Below are positions 63,820 through 64,000 of a stretch of DNA of 64,000 nucleotides, one piece after another. Under the pieces are notes generated by a model. The model ran no database searches and was not told where the DNA came from. It saw nothing but the letters and a program-made list of their open reading frames with translations. The stretch lies in the NCBI GenBank assembly GCA_028534125.1, contig CM052817.1, positions 73,286,001 to 73,350,000 on the forward strand, read 5' to 3'. Positions within the stretch are counted from its first letter, which is position 1, and each line of letters begins with the position of its first letter. The translations under genes and the position numbers were made by a program. The stretch comes from Lama glama. Its lineage: Eukaryota.

Positions 63820-64000
63820 AATATAATAAGCGTTGGTGAGGATGTGGAGAAATTGGAACCTGTGCACTGCTATTGGGAATGTAAAATGGTGCAGGTGCTA
63901 TAGAAAACAGTATCGCAGCTTGTCAAAAACTTAAAACTAGAATTACCATATAATCCAGCAATCCTACCTCTAAGTTTAGAACCAAAAGAGTTGAAAGCAG
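63820..64000 (+). mobile_element. L1 ORF2 3' fragment, runs off the window
   Basis: gttggtgaggatgtggagaaattggaacc...gaattaccatataatccagcaatcc. Confidence 0.9.

Overview
Mammalian genomic DNA, very probably camelid (about 14 tRNA-derived vic-1-like SINEs plus artiodactyl-type L1 3' ends). On the + strand the window holds the complete coding region of LARP7 (12 coding exons, 1100-12876, 581 aa). The miR-302b/c/a/d-367 cluster and its TATA and Sox-Oct promoter are nested antisense in the intron 3169-4812. A CpG island near 49.2-49.95 kb carries the distal first coding exon of ANK2 (MASPTSPAPEGGASTPPNPPRIRQ), and a full-length RPL17 processed pseudogene lies in the following intron. The most unexpected signal is a chain of non-repeat, splice-site-bounded, near-open reading segments on the - strand. 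It runs from a signal-peptide-like start near 58.37 kb to a terminal exon and AATAAA at 17.4-17.8 kb. It looks like a decayed multi-exon (unitary) pseudogene for a large secreted protein that I cannot name, tail-to-tail with LARP7 and straddling the ANK2 distal promoter. This model was built by hand and needs homology confirmation. The rest is interspersed repeats (L1, L2, MIR, MLT1, MER5A/33/91; boundaries approximate), microsatellites and one 100-N gap.
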